Origin: Mytilus edulis
Taxonomy: Eukaryota
DNA: 64,000 bases
Assembly: GCF_963676685.1 (NCBI RefSeq)
Contig: NC_092347.1
Coordinates: forward strand, 11,532,001-11,596,000
Reading direction: 5' to 3'
The translations under genes were made by a program, and so were the position numbers. Numbering within the stretch: the stretch's first letter is position 1; the number at the start of each line of letters is the position of its first letter. The notes under the pieces were generated by a model. It had not been told where the DNA came from. It worked only from the letters and a program-made list of their open reading frames with translations, and did not search any database. Shown here piece by piece: positions 13,055 to 25,739 of the stretch.

Positions 13055-13771
13055 AAGGGGCACTAACTACGATATACAAAAAAAAAAAAGGAAATTGTTC
13101 AATCATTAATAAAAGTAAAATAGTGAAATAATTATTCGCTTTTACCATCCAGTATGGTTCAATTTGGTCAAAATTAATAAGCTAAGAAACATTGCTGATA
13201 ATTATCCACATGCTTGCAAGTCAATAAATTAATTCTACCTCATTGAATCCGCATTCATGTTACCTTCAATTTAACCCCTAGCTAGAGATGGATTGCGCAT
13301 GAATCAGTTATGCGTGTTCAGACTGTTATCAAAAGAAAAAGTAACCATAGTGTCTACATTGATAATGAAACAAAGGTAAATGATCGTAAACCATTTGAAT
13401 GACTGATTTAATCCATAAAAACTCATTCTTATACAGATAGAGCGATGATTTACATATATATTTTTACCTATAATATGAATTTAAACAGACCTAGAAAAAT
13501 CCGATTGCACGAGTTCGCTATCTATTTATATCTATATTGATTTTATCGATTATATAACCATCGGCAGTCTTCGAAGGTCAACTCGATAGTTAATTAGATG
13601 GTGACTTGGCTAAAATACACACGGAACTATGATACATATTATCAATCTCATGTCTTGTAAATTGTATATTTAAGACTCTTTATAAAATGGATATACGTTT
13701 TAGTATGTTATAAATCAAATTTGATGGTTTAAGTCAAATCGGTGTACATGAATTTGACAGACAATGCCCCT
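13055..13771. mobile_element. Non-autonomous TIR DNA transposon (possibly Kolobok-like) between FEM1B and CLN6
   Basis: AAGGGGCACT at 13055 and AATGCCCCTT at ~13762-13771 form short TIRs; no ORF. Superfamily is tentative. Confidence 0.5.
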
Positions 13772-15759
13772 TATAAATCCTTATAGTGGTCCTTTTAGGA
13801 TTGACCATGATATAGTATGGATGGAATTGGTGTGGTCCTGGTTTGAGTGTCAAGAATGTGATGGATTTTTAAGGTTCCAGAACCTTGGATCATGATTCCC
13901 CCCTACATGTCAAATGACGCAAACTGCTTATTTATTGATATTGAAATATGTGAAATCTTATCTTAAACCTGTGACTATTATACTTCACAGGTTAACAAAA
14001 AATCAATCATTTCAATCTAGGTTTAAATGATTCATGTTACATCGTGATCATACTAATGTCAGAAATAAAGGATATCTGTTATCCAAAAAATTTAACATTT
14101 GTTCATTTTTTTTTCTCGTGTTTAATTTCACATTAGATAGTAAAGATTTGATTAACATTTGAGTGGCAACTGTATTGTTTCATGTTCGAGCAGTGTTCAA
14201 ATTCATATTGCTCATTTTGGGTTTTACCTTACATCAAACTATATATCTAACTCAGAGGTGGATTAAAAGTCATGTATAGTATACACATCGTGATAAAATG
14301 ATAAAATGTACCGTTGGAAAAAAGTCTATAAAATTTAGCAATGCATCAGACAAAAGTTAAAAAAAAAAAGTAACAATCAATAGGAAACATGTCACTGACC
14401 CTACAGGGAACATTACTCTGACTCAGTTTTCACCAAGAAGTATTTTCTCTTACAATGTACTTCTTAATGAACGGGTTTAACCATTTTGTTGAGAACAAGA
14501 AAATACCAATTTTAAAGTCGTAAGTTTTAACTGACCGGAGATTAAACCCATGATCTCTCTTAATCACAACGAGCACGTAACCACTAAAATCCCGAGCGGT
14601 ACAATTAGAGACCCGCATACCAATTTTCTATTTGTTTACTTCATCGATGATTTGCCGAAGTAACTTCTACAACTTGTATGTACTAAGAGTTTGGCTTTAA
14701 TGAAATCTGATCTTTCATGTTTGAAATGTTATTCCTTTTTTCTACCCTAGACGTGTCCGTTTACAACAAATCCTCTGTTGATCTGTATAATGGCACCACC
14801 TTACTATTTCAAAATAACAGTCGATTTAGGGATCACATATTTAGGGTTACGTTAACGTTTCTGATGTAATTGGACCGATATTGCGCGGCAATGTTCCTTT
14901 CTACCACACGTTGTTACCATTGACCGTGCAAACCGTTAAATGAAAATGTATATTTCTATGTTTTGTTCAGCATGAGAGGGTTGCGACTTGGTCAGATGAT
15001 TTCGGTTGGAGTGCTGTAAAATTTCTTTTTTGCTCGGTTAAAATGTTTCTCAAATACTGGAATTCAACAGAATCCACATAGAAAAACATATTAAGGTCTA
15101 TATCTTAAAACTGATTATTGTCAAAAAAGTCTGCAATGAGTGAGATACATTTATAAGGATAATCATAAGAGCCAAAGTGAACTCGAAACATCTGCCACAG
15201 AACTGATTGACTTCAGTCTGTCTATAATTTAGGTGTTAGTTACAAGCAGTCGTTCCAATTGATAAGAGAAGCACCAGCTAGGGTATGATAAGTGTTTGAC
15301 CATTTAACGAGATGTAATTATTCCAACTTTCAAACTGCAAACTTAATTTAGACGTTGAAGTATTGAATGAAATCAATGTTACAAGTATTGCATACATTTG
15401 AAAATGAAAATTGTAAACAAAAATCTAGTGTTGCGTTCTTAAAGTTCGTCAGTATTAATAAGCCGCTTACACTATGATGACAAATGAACAGTAATTGACA
15501 ATGAATGTTTTGTTAAACCAATTTGATAAGATTTTCAAAATATGACCTGAGATTAACACTTATCAAAATATGGCTTTTGTCATCTTACAAATACATATAT
15601 AAGTTAATCCTGATATCTTTTTAAGTTTTTATACCTGTACTATTATCTATGTATTACATGCCCACATCTATACATTTACAATGTACATGTAATCATACAC
15701 TTGACAAAATTATGAGATAAACAAACATTTTCAATTTATCTAAACTTAATACTTTAAAA

Positions 15760-18700
15760 ATGGAGTCGAAAGTACGGAAGAGAGGACAAAATCAACCGTA
15801 TGTAGACGTTGAGGACCAAGACACTAATTTCAGGTGAGTCAGATAAATGCGCATTCAATTTGTTTTTTTCTCTCAATTTATCTATTTCAACAAGTCGGAT
15901 TTAAGCGCTGGAGAAATTATACATATATCAACGTTGAAACACTAGCCGACAAAAGTGAAAAAAATAGGTCCCTTCTACTGTAAAAATAAATAAATAGATC
16001 AATGGTACATGTATAATATAATCAGGAACGTTAGATCCTAAATAACTCTTTCTCGTCGTGTACATATGGTTTATATTAAAAGGTCAAGTACAAACTTTGA
16101 GAATTACAGTATAAACTGATAGTTGTTTAAAGGACACTGTTTGCATAGAATCGACTATTATTGTTATTTACTATGCATGCATATTTTCCTTGGCCGGTAA
16201 TTGTATGCACATTATAAATACATTTATTAACCAGATTCGGAAAGGGTAATTCATCTAAAGTTGTATTGAAATTCAGAATAGCAAATTGACAAACGCTCAT
16301 AAATAATGAAAATGTATAGTAAATGATACAACTGTGGAATAAATGAAATACGTCTGTCCGTTTTTTTTTAAATATTTTTTTTAGATACAGGCATTTAGAA
16401 ATATATACATTTTTAGTCTAGGAGAAGGCAATAAAGGAATACAAGTTATAAAGCAATTCAATTAAAACACGACAGCCAATCATCCTGAACTCAACAGTGA
16501 TTTTAATCTTAGTTAGTTAATTAATACGAAGGTTTGATAAAAGATCAATCTTATGCCATATGAAATAAATTGTATGATTAAATTGTTTGCACGACTGTTT
16601 TGTAGCAAGATTAATCTTATGCCATATGAAATAAATTGTATGATTAAATTGTTTGCATGACTGTTTTGTAGCAAAGAGAAGAAACCACTGTCTCATGACA
16701 AGTTCCACTGGGATTTGTGGTTGCTGTTGGCGGTGGAGAATTGGCTGTTTGATTTTGGGCGACCTATATTTGCAGTAAGAACAAACATGTAATACTATAC
16801 AAGACTTACCTAGTAATAAACGCACCTAAACAAATCTTATTAGAAAATAGCAAACATTTTTCGAGTGTCAAATATAATGACTCCTTTAGATATTTTCTAT
16901 CTTATTTTATAATAACGATGTAAAGAAGGAACAGGATTCTTACAAATTCTAAAAATATAGATCAATCATATTTAATACCAATACAAATGGTAAATACATA
17001 TACAAATGCATGTATGTAGACAAACTTAAGTTAAAAATATTATGATCCGCATTACTAGACCACATGCAAAGTACGCCGAATTCGTGCTATGTAGATTTTG
17101 TGTAGTGTAAAAATGCTACCGTAAGAACACAAGCTTGCATAGTAACTACTACTTTTGTTATGACAAGAATCACGCATGTTATTATTCCAAAATGAGAATC
17201 TAACAATGTAGAATACGAAGATCAAAGCGATTGATATAGACTTAAGTTTTGAGTTGTCTTTTAAAATAGCGTCAATATCAAGATAAAGTCATAAGAACAT
17301 TTTACTTGGAATATCTTGAAAATTTGGTTACATTTTTTTTACAATTCAAAAATATTTTTCATTGCAGTAATGACTATATTTATATCATAGAAACATTTTT
17401 CAAGTTAGCATAGAAACAAATACAAAAATGACGCTTATAAAAGATGTGGACCTAAAACCATTTCATTTCTTGAACCAAAGAACACTGAACGTTTTGTTTG
17501 AGATGATGCAAAGAAATGTGATATGTATTTATTCTTTATTTGAAAAGCTTTTTAAATGTTTAAAAAACACTTTTCTTTCCAGTTATTTGTGCCCCAGAAA
17601 TGGTTTCCAATGAACTACCCTAGTGTTGGGGACTATTGTCATATGGCTTACAATGTTATTACACCATTTTGCCTACTCAAGGTATGATATAGATCCTATA
17701 CAGATTTATTACAGTTCTGACTGCTATAAAAGATGTTATGATTGATAAACCAGAAAAGAAGTTTTGAGATAACACCAAAAACAGCCAATAAAATTTATTA
17801 AATGTATTGAGATAACACAAAAAATAGCGGATACAATCTATCAAACGTATTGACCAACACTGCAAGATTCATCAATCCCATTGCAAATAAATAAACTTAA
17901 GAATACATACTAGACTTCACACAAATTCATAGGCGTAACAGTAACTGATTTTCACCTTACCTTAATTTTCAACATAGTTTGCATTTTGCTTTGTACAAGT
18001 AAAATAACTGTTGGAAGAAACACAACTGTTACCGATTGTTTGAATTAAAATTTGAGCAATGCGAACAAGAGAGTACGATAAGACGACAATTTAAAGACTA
18101 ATTACGGTAACCTATAGCTGCTAACATCTACGTCATTTGGTCTCTGGTAGTTAGGTCTTTCCACTTTTCTGATTATTTTTTTTTCTTCTGCCGTCTGAGA
18201 TTCTTTTTTTTCTTACAACATATCGAATAGATTTTTTGGCCAATGATGTTGTACAGTAATGGGGGTTTCAAAACTCACCCTGTGTGACCGAACACTTATT
18301 CTTATAGGAGTTATCTCACCGTGTCCCCTTTTTCTTGTTATCGCTATATCTCTAAAACCGTAAAAGATTTTAGCAAACTGTTTTCACCAAATTGTTCGTC
18401 TACTCTTCAGAATGATTTGGTTAATTTTGACTTGAGTGATCGGAAGACATCTTATGGGAGTTATTTCCCTTCGAAAATTTAAGATAGGCGATTTGTTGGA
18501 TAAATTCATACGTTATAAGTCGTAGAGGCCTAGAGTCTTTTAATATGAAGTCCTTGGTCCATTTGAAGGAAATTGAGGTCAAGGTCAAAAGCCAAGGTCA
18601 TGTAATAAATTATGAATTTTGCTTGTTATCGTTATTCCAAAGAAACTGTGACAGTAAATGATATGATGTGTTTGCCAAATAACTGTTTACAAAAAGGCGC

Positions 18701-21180
18701 AACTTCAACCTTTTTAAGTCGAAGAGTTTTGGTTAACCCTTATAGGAGTTTTCTCCCCTTTTGTATTTGAAATCGGTATTTCTCCACAACCATACACGTG
18801 ATTGACCTGGGGTATTTTGATTTGTAATCACTGACCTATGACTTCAAAATTGAGGTCAAGGTCAAAGGTCAATTGGACGTTCTAGATTTTGACTTTGCTG
18901 AAAAATCTTTGTGGTTCATTATAAAACAATTAAGTCTTCTGCATAAACCTATTAATCTTATTTTTTTTTATATCAGTTTGATTTACCACATAACATCAAC
19001 ACAGAGTGACATTTTCTAACATCGTTTTTTAAATTTCATTCTTATTATCGAGGTGGAAAGACCTTCAATTGTTCTCTGAAGAATTGGTTTTTAATTATTT
19101 TCTTTTTTATTATTAGACAATATATTTATTTATAGCTTTTTGAAAGAAGCCCAAACAAATCCTCAACAACATTCAATATGTTATGTATCATCACATTTGT
19201 TATGGGTGCCAGCATTCATCTAGTAGGAGACTCAATTAATCACAGATTGGTGTTGCTAGGATACGAGCTTCATCTGTCAGTCCGGGAAAATCCCATGATG
19301 CAACAGATGCAACCACCTGGACTGGTAAGTACAGTTATTTTTCTTATGTTGTTTAGAGTCATATTTGATCATTAGCTCACTTCAAAGAATTTTGTTTTCT
19401 CGTCTTTTATATACTTACAAATGTATAACCTGTATTTCTTCTAATGAACATTTCATTTACCAAGGAAATGTTCCTCAAGTCAACTGACTATCATTCTTAT
19501 TGCTGTTCCCTTTGGCTTTGATTTGAAACTTAATTGCATATTCTGAATATTTGAATACTAGTTATTTCGTGTATAGCGTGCTATCTTCTCGTCGTAAAAC
19601 CGCCACCAACAACAACAATAAGTCAACATTAACAACAACTATTAAACGTTTATTTGTGGCTTGAAACTGACACCTACTACACATGTATAGTACACTTATG
19701 TTTTGCTCAATAAATTATATTTCGAATAATTTATATGGTTACGTTTGGGAAATCTGAAATCAAATGTCTGTTTACGATGGGAATTTCCAAATCATTTTCT
19801 TTGGTTCATTTAATAAACGAATAAATTAATTTTTCTGTATATTACAGGTGGATTCTTTTGAACTTTTATATCTATACGATGAAGTTATAGGCCATTTAAT
19901 GTGGTGAGTACGTAATATTGAATCTTCATAGGAAATTTTACCAATGATTTGACAGTAGTTATAAGGCCGATTGTGATGTATAGGAATCAATCTATTGTAA
20001 GGGATTGAAGCCACCAATAAGGCTGCTAAACGTTTATTTTGAAACTCATAATAGTTAAATTTGCCTTGGATATATCAAACTTGAAGCAAATCGAAAAACT
20101 CATGACCCAATATGGTCAATGAAAGTGCACAGATGAAAGCCAACACATTTATATATATAATCTCTTTTTGAACTAGATTGTGTAATTCTTAAATCAGATA
20201 AAGATTTTCTGTCATTTCTATACAGTTTACTTCTCATAATTTGTATTAAAGCTTTCAAACATGTTAGTTTAATATATGAGCAAACGAATCAAACAACTTT
20301 TCTGTCAAAGTTCATACTTAAAAAGATGAGTTTGATTTTTTTTACAGGTATATTCCATTTTTCATCAGCTTCTTCTTATATTTTGTTGGTTGTTTCACTT
20401 CCAAATTAACAACTCCATCTTCAACAACATCATGGTGGCTGCTGATGTTAGTCAGTGGATTATATTACTGGTAAGTAATGCAACTACGTAATTAACAACA
20501 AAAGTCAATGACAGTATTCATACAATACAGACCGACCAATTGAAACTGCTCTTTTAGACTTCAACAATGGACAAGATCACAAGTTCAAAATCACCATATT
20601 CTAGAAACAATTTATAATAACTAATGATGCAATAATCGACAATCAAACAATTAATGTCATCATCGTTAACAAATTTCGAAATTTCATATAACTATGATTT
20701 CTTTTAAAGCTAACATTAAACTTCTCAACCAGTTATCTTTGATCTGTTTTATGTTCTGTTGACATTATCAAATATGGATTTAGCTTTCAGAATAATCTGC
20801 CACGAGCGTAACTAAGTAATATAAACGGTTACGGACGCACCAAAACAACATACATAGCATTTGTCTGGTCAGTAGTCTACAATAATTAACCAGTACTTTT
20901 GATCTTTTACAGGTACTTGGTGACGGAGGGACAAATATTCTCCGTATACATCATAACCTTTATATGTATGTTAGCAATGGTAATAATTAAAAAGGGCAAA
21001 GGACAGATAATGGATGTCAATGGCCGATTTCTATTCTATTCATTTACAACAACCTTTGTATTAGTAGGGGTATGGGTGCTTTGGTTGTGGAATGATCCTA
21101 TTCTAAGACATAAGTATCCAGGTTTATTGTACATTCCTGAACCGTGGTCATATTATACTCTGTATTTGAAGACATATTAA
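15760..21180 (+). CDS. CLN6: Ceroid-lipofuscinosis neuronal protein 6 (ER membrane protein), 7 exons, ~303 aa
   Basis: Exons 15760-15833, 16672-16774, 17583-17681, 19136-19324, 19848-19903, 20348-20470 and 20913-21180 are all GT-AG and phase-compatible. Motifs [67 protein letters not shown] and [16 protein letters not shown] match CLN6. Confidence 0.96.
16541..16672 (+). repeat. 66-bp tandem duplication covering the CLN6 exon 2 splice acceptor
   Basis: 16541-16606 and 16607-16672 differ at 2 positions; both end TTTTGTAG|C. Confidence 0.9.
18151..19091 (+). mobile_element. Helentron/HINE-type non-autonomous element in CLN6 intron 3
   Basis: Sub-terminal inverted repeat AGGTCTTTCCAC (18153) / GTGGAAAGACCT (~19053), then a CAATT...AATTG stem and a T-run; internal GAGGTCAAGGTCAAA repeats. 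Confidence 0.7.
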
Positions 21181-22228
21181 ATTCACTCATTATTAAATTT
21201 TATTTTATTGAGATTTTTACATCACAATTTCAAACTTAAGTCATTAATACAATATGTATTTGTCAAACTAACTATTTACTGTTTACGTTGCAAACGCAAA
21301 CGCCATTTTCCTTTTTACCATATCAATTAATATTATCTAGCACATTATCAAGAAAATATGAAATACATTATTTCTGTGTTGTTAGTAAATAAATGGACAT
21401 ATTTAATAATCATCAATGATGCCGCACCCTAACAACACAAACATTACTGAACATCTTCTGTTCTGGCGCATTTGTCTGAACAAGCATCCAGTTAGCTCTA
21501 CAAATTGTGTGATAATTCGCAGTTTGCGCCAGGTCTGGTTTAGGACCTAAAATCCCAAGTACGTATTTGGAACAAGATGCACTCGTTACATGTAGAATTA
21601 CGCAAACACCTATTTATAGGGGTAACTAATGTTATGTTAATGTTTAGCGTCTGAATTTCCACAAATGCACTCTTCGACATGTTTTAAACCTTTGTATACC
21701 CTTTACGAAAAACACCATGCGAGGACATAGATTGTATGACATTTATCATCAGTTTTGTTTAATGTTTCTGTTTACATTTAAGTTTATACATACTCGGAAA
21801 TGTATAAATCTTTTCCAGTGCTCGAATACTAATTTTTAATTTCGTATTCAACATGATTTCAATCTTCGTTTTCAAATTTATTTCAAAAACTTTGAATTGT
21901 ATTTCTGAAACATTTTCTAAATTTCATATAAATCAACATGTAGACATCTTATACGTTCAGGTAACTCACATCCAGTATTTAACGGTAATAGTTATACAAA
22001 ACACAAAAATGTCGGCATTCAGTCCAAAAACTAACCAAACTGTTAAACAGACTTATTCAGGTGGGATATAGTTACAGTACTGGTATTAGGTAATTAACGA
22101 TGGCATGTTGTTGTAATAATATTCAATTTGACTCACTCATAGGGTATTTACATCGGAAATAAACATGTTTGTTCTAAAACCAGTTGATGGCATGATACGG
22201 GTATCATATTTTGCAATGTATTCTTGAA

Positions 22229-25200
22229 CTAAATTCTTAAACCCGCCGAAAACCCATATGCCTCAGAAGGTCCAAAGCCGTACACAGTAACTCCAAACAA
22301 AACATTCTCTGTGATATGGTTCACTTTAATCACTGTATTGGCACGCATGCTCATGACAATTGAAGAATAAGTGTCATTGTTTAAAGCAATTTCAGATTTA
22401 CGAATTGACAGTAAGTTTCCAACGAATCGAAGTCCTGAAGCCTGAGAAGATCGTATAATAATCGAAATATAATGTTCGAGATTCGTATAACGAGGTGTTG
22501 GTGGTGCAACTACATAATTGTTGGAAAAATGGTCGATTGCAGACAAGGATGTCATGAAAAATCCGTTTTTACTCTTACAGAAAAGTGTTATTAGCACTGG
22601 TTGCGAAGAAATTACAGTATGTACATTGGACGATAAATGTGTTGATAATGCATTTCCAGATTGAATAACTATTGTTTGTGAAAAACGTACATTATCGTCA
22701 ATATTTACAGTAGTATTAAAAGATCTTGTAGTTATACGCAGGAAAACGTTTGTCACTTTTGCAATTATTGGCACTACAAAATACTGTCCCCAATGGTTGT
22801 CTGATAACATGCATGTATACATGGAACTGTAATCATATACAGTTTGTCTATTTCCCGATATTACAAAAATGGAATCATTTGCCTGAACATTGGCTAGGTA
22901 TCGATAATCATGTGTTTCCAGATGTAAACCTTCTAAATATGCTAACGTAAATGTTCCATTTGTCAATGCTTTTATAGTCGTATCCATAATCTTTAAGTCA
23001 GTTTGCAAAGGTTCAATCCAAACTTTTGTATACGGAGCCGTTGCGACTATAGCCATATGTATGCTATGATACTCGTACATTAAAGGGTTATAAGACTTCC
23101 CTAAACTATTAACAGGTAAGACATTAAAGGCGTAGGATGAACATTTATAACCACGATATTCACAGGGTTCATGTTCTCCGAAGGCACTGTAGCACACAAC
23201 ACTAATTGGCTGATCTGAACGAATCAAAATAGACGTGGATGTTCGTCCAATAGGAATCATTGTTATATGCAATGGTAGATTAACGTAGGCAACGCCTGAT
23301 GTTATGTTGACTGTTTGGGTTACACCAGGATAGGCCGAATATATGTTCACCTGTGTAGGAATATCTGCTGTTATAATCAACTGCACAGCTAATGCATATT
23401 TTGATGTATCATCATGGGAGGGAAACATTGTAACGAATTCTTTTCCTTTATGGTCTAAAAGTTAAAGATAACACAATAAAATTCTGTATAATAATAAAAA
23501 TGACGGTTAAACATATAAAAAAAAACCATAATACATTAATTGAAAAATGCAAATGATTTTTTATTGCACGAGTATACTACCGTATTAATTGACATATATA
23601 AACACTATACGATGCAATAGAGAGGATATTACTGCTGATAAATGGGAAGTTGACAATTGGAAAGTAATACATTTGGCATGGTTCAACTTATAACATTATA
23701 GCACGTCTAGTTTTGATATCATGTGATATCTTCACTGGACTTTACTGACCTATCAATACAATATGTCACTAAACGAATATCGCCATTTCTTACTTTGTAC
23801 CTTTTTAAATAAAAGAGTATGAAAATATGCATGTAAAGTTTAAAAACTATCTTGTAGATTATTTTCCCACAATTTATTTCTTAAACTAAATAGTTTATAG
23901 TATTTAAGCCGATTGCCTTTTTTTCAATAGGTGTCACGAAAAACTAGCATCGTTATATTTCATTTATTTATATATGTTCTTTTAATCTAAAAACTATGAA
24001 ACAAAAATGAGACCTCAGTAGAGTTATAATTTTACCTTTGATAGGGACAGTCCTAGTTTCCACATGGCTGGTCGGCCTACGTTTTTTACCATGACCAAAC
24101 CCATCTAAATATAGAAACAGACATTTTTTTATTTATTAAAGTGATGTAACATATATATTCGTACGCTTAATACAAAAAAATAGACAAACAACAACAAAAA
24201 GCAAAGAACACATACAAAACCAAATACGTAACTAAAACAATAGTAGGTTACTACTCGAAAATGAAAAAAATGTAAAAAGGAAAAAAGAAACTAAAAAAAC
24301 CTGGCTCATCATTATGAGAAAATGATCTAAATGTGAAGTACTCATTCTTGTCATTGGAGTGCCCCTTTTTTTAAATGGTATTAGGTTGAAAAAGGTCACA
24401 TTTAGTTATCATAAATCATACTGATTTAGACACATCTATATCAACTGCAAGTTGTTATATAAGGTACAATCTACAAAATGTCCAGGTTATCGGAATCAAT
24501 TAGGGGAATAAAGATACCGATAAACTTGAAGAAACACAGTATCGTACGTTTTCTATTTGTAAATGATAAATCTTGTGGAATTTATTGTCTCTTTTTGTTT
24601 GTACGTAATGATTGTCGGCTGAGTGCAAAGTTGGTGGTTAGTAAGGTTTATTGTTCAGTCATGTATTGGTGATTGGTAAGATTTATTGTTCTGTCATGTA
24701 TTGGTGATTGGTAAGATTTATTGTTCTGTCATGTTTTGTTGGTTGGTAAAATTTATTGTGCTGTCATGTTTTGGTGGTTAGTAAGTTTTTTTTGTGTGGA
24801 TCAATCAGTCATAATTTCTTGCGTGCAGTGTGTGCATGAGATAAGCCTTCACTTTGGTAGATAAGAATTGGTGCAGTTGTAACCATCGATGAAAATGAGT
24901 TGTTGCATAAAAAAACATAACCTGCAATTTTGTCACAAACAGATATATCCTGAATATAAACAAAATAACAACTAATGTATTGAAAAGTTAAACCAAACAT
25001 GCTTTACCCTTCTTTATGCCTTTAAAAAGCCAGAAAGCAAACATGTATCTAAATGGTAATATTTAGACATCTTTAGTAATTTATAATTTTATATCACGTT
25101 CATGAATAGACCAAATTATCAAAAACATGCTGTTAACGGCTTCAGGTAGACACATAATGCTATGATTTGATAAACTGTAGTAAACATCGTTTAATCTGAA

Positions 25201-25739
25201 AATGGCGTTGATTTGAAATGAATTCAGAGATAAACGGACGAACCTCTTTTTAATTAGAGATGAAATACCTATTGAAAGTAAATAATTGAAAACTTACCTT
25301 TTAAGTATTTGTAAAGCCATACCAGTTTTGCAGTGCCATCATTTTTGAACTCCAGAAAGTCGGAAACATTTTTGAGAATAGTTGAACGCACCTTTTTGCT
25401 TATTTTCCTTTTAATAAATTTTCTAAATTCCTTGATAGATAAACTGTTCATTTCAACTGTAAGCTCGTTTTGTATCTCCTTAGATTTTGCTAAATGTTTA
25501 GATGTTATTTCGTCCATCCCTTGTTCTCTTGATTCCATGGTTTTTGTAACCATAGCTTTTGTATCACTTTTGATTGCTTTTTTCAGATTTTTACTGAAAC
25601 TGGATAAGTCAAATTCGACTGGAATTATCACTTTGCTAAATCTGTTGTATTTATCCTCCTTTATTGCCATAACTGCATTAAAAGTATTTACAGATAATAG
25701 TAGTAAAACAAACTGTATATGTCCAAAATATAGTGCCAT
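22229..25739 (-). CDS. Secreted IgGFc-binding-protein N-terminal-domain protein, 3 exons, ~578 aa
   Basis: Exons 25739-25298 (signal peptide plus helical region), 24104-24036 and 23454-22229 join in phase 1 with GT-AG sites. The junction gives DHKGKEFVTMFP; SILIRSDQPISV, LPVNSLGKSY, ISSQPVL and VYGFGPSEAYGFSAG are characteristic of the IgGFc_binding domain. Confidence 0.82.
24631..24786. repeat. 35-bp minisatellite, ~4.5 copies
   Basis: Unit TTGGTGATTGGTAAGATTTATTGTTCTGTCATGTA repeated head-to-tail. Confidence 0.9.

Noticed and set aside
18380-18412. CTGAAGAGTAGACGAAC on the minus strand as a hammerhead
   Set aside because: GAAC rather than GAAA, and no closing stems.
24631-24786. CRISPR-like 35-bp periodicity
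   Set aside because: Head-to-tail units without unique spacers, eukaryotic context, no cas genes.
24922-24949. Possible extra IgGFc-gene exon (AG...GT on minus strand)
   Set aside because: 28 nt; it breaks the frame and gives an in-frame TGA.
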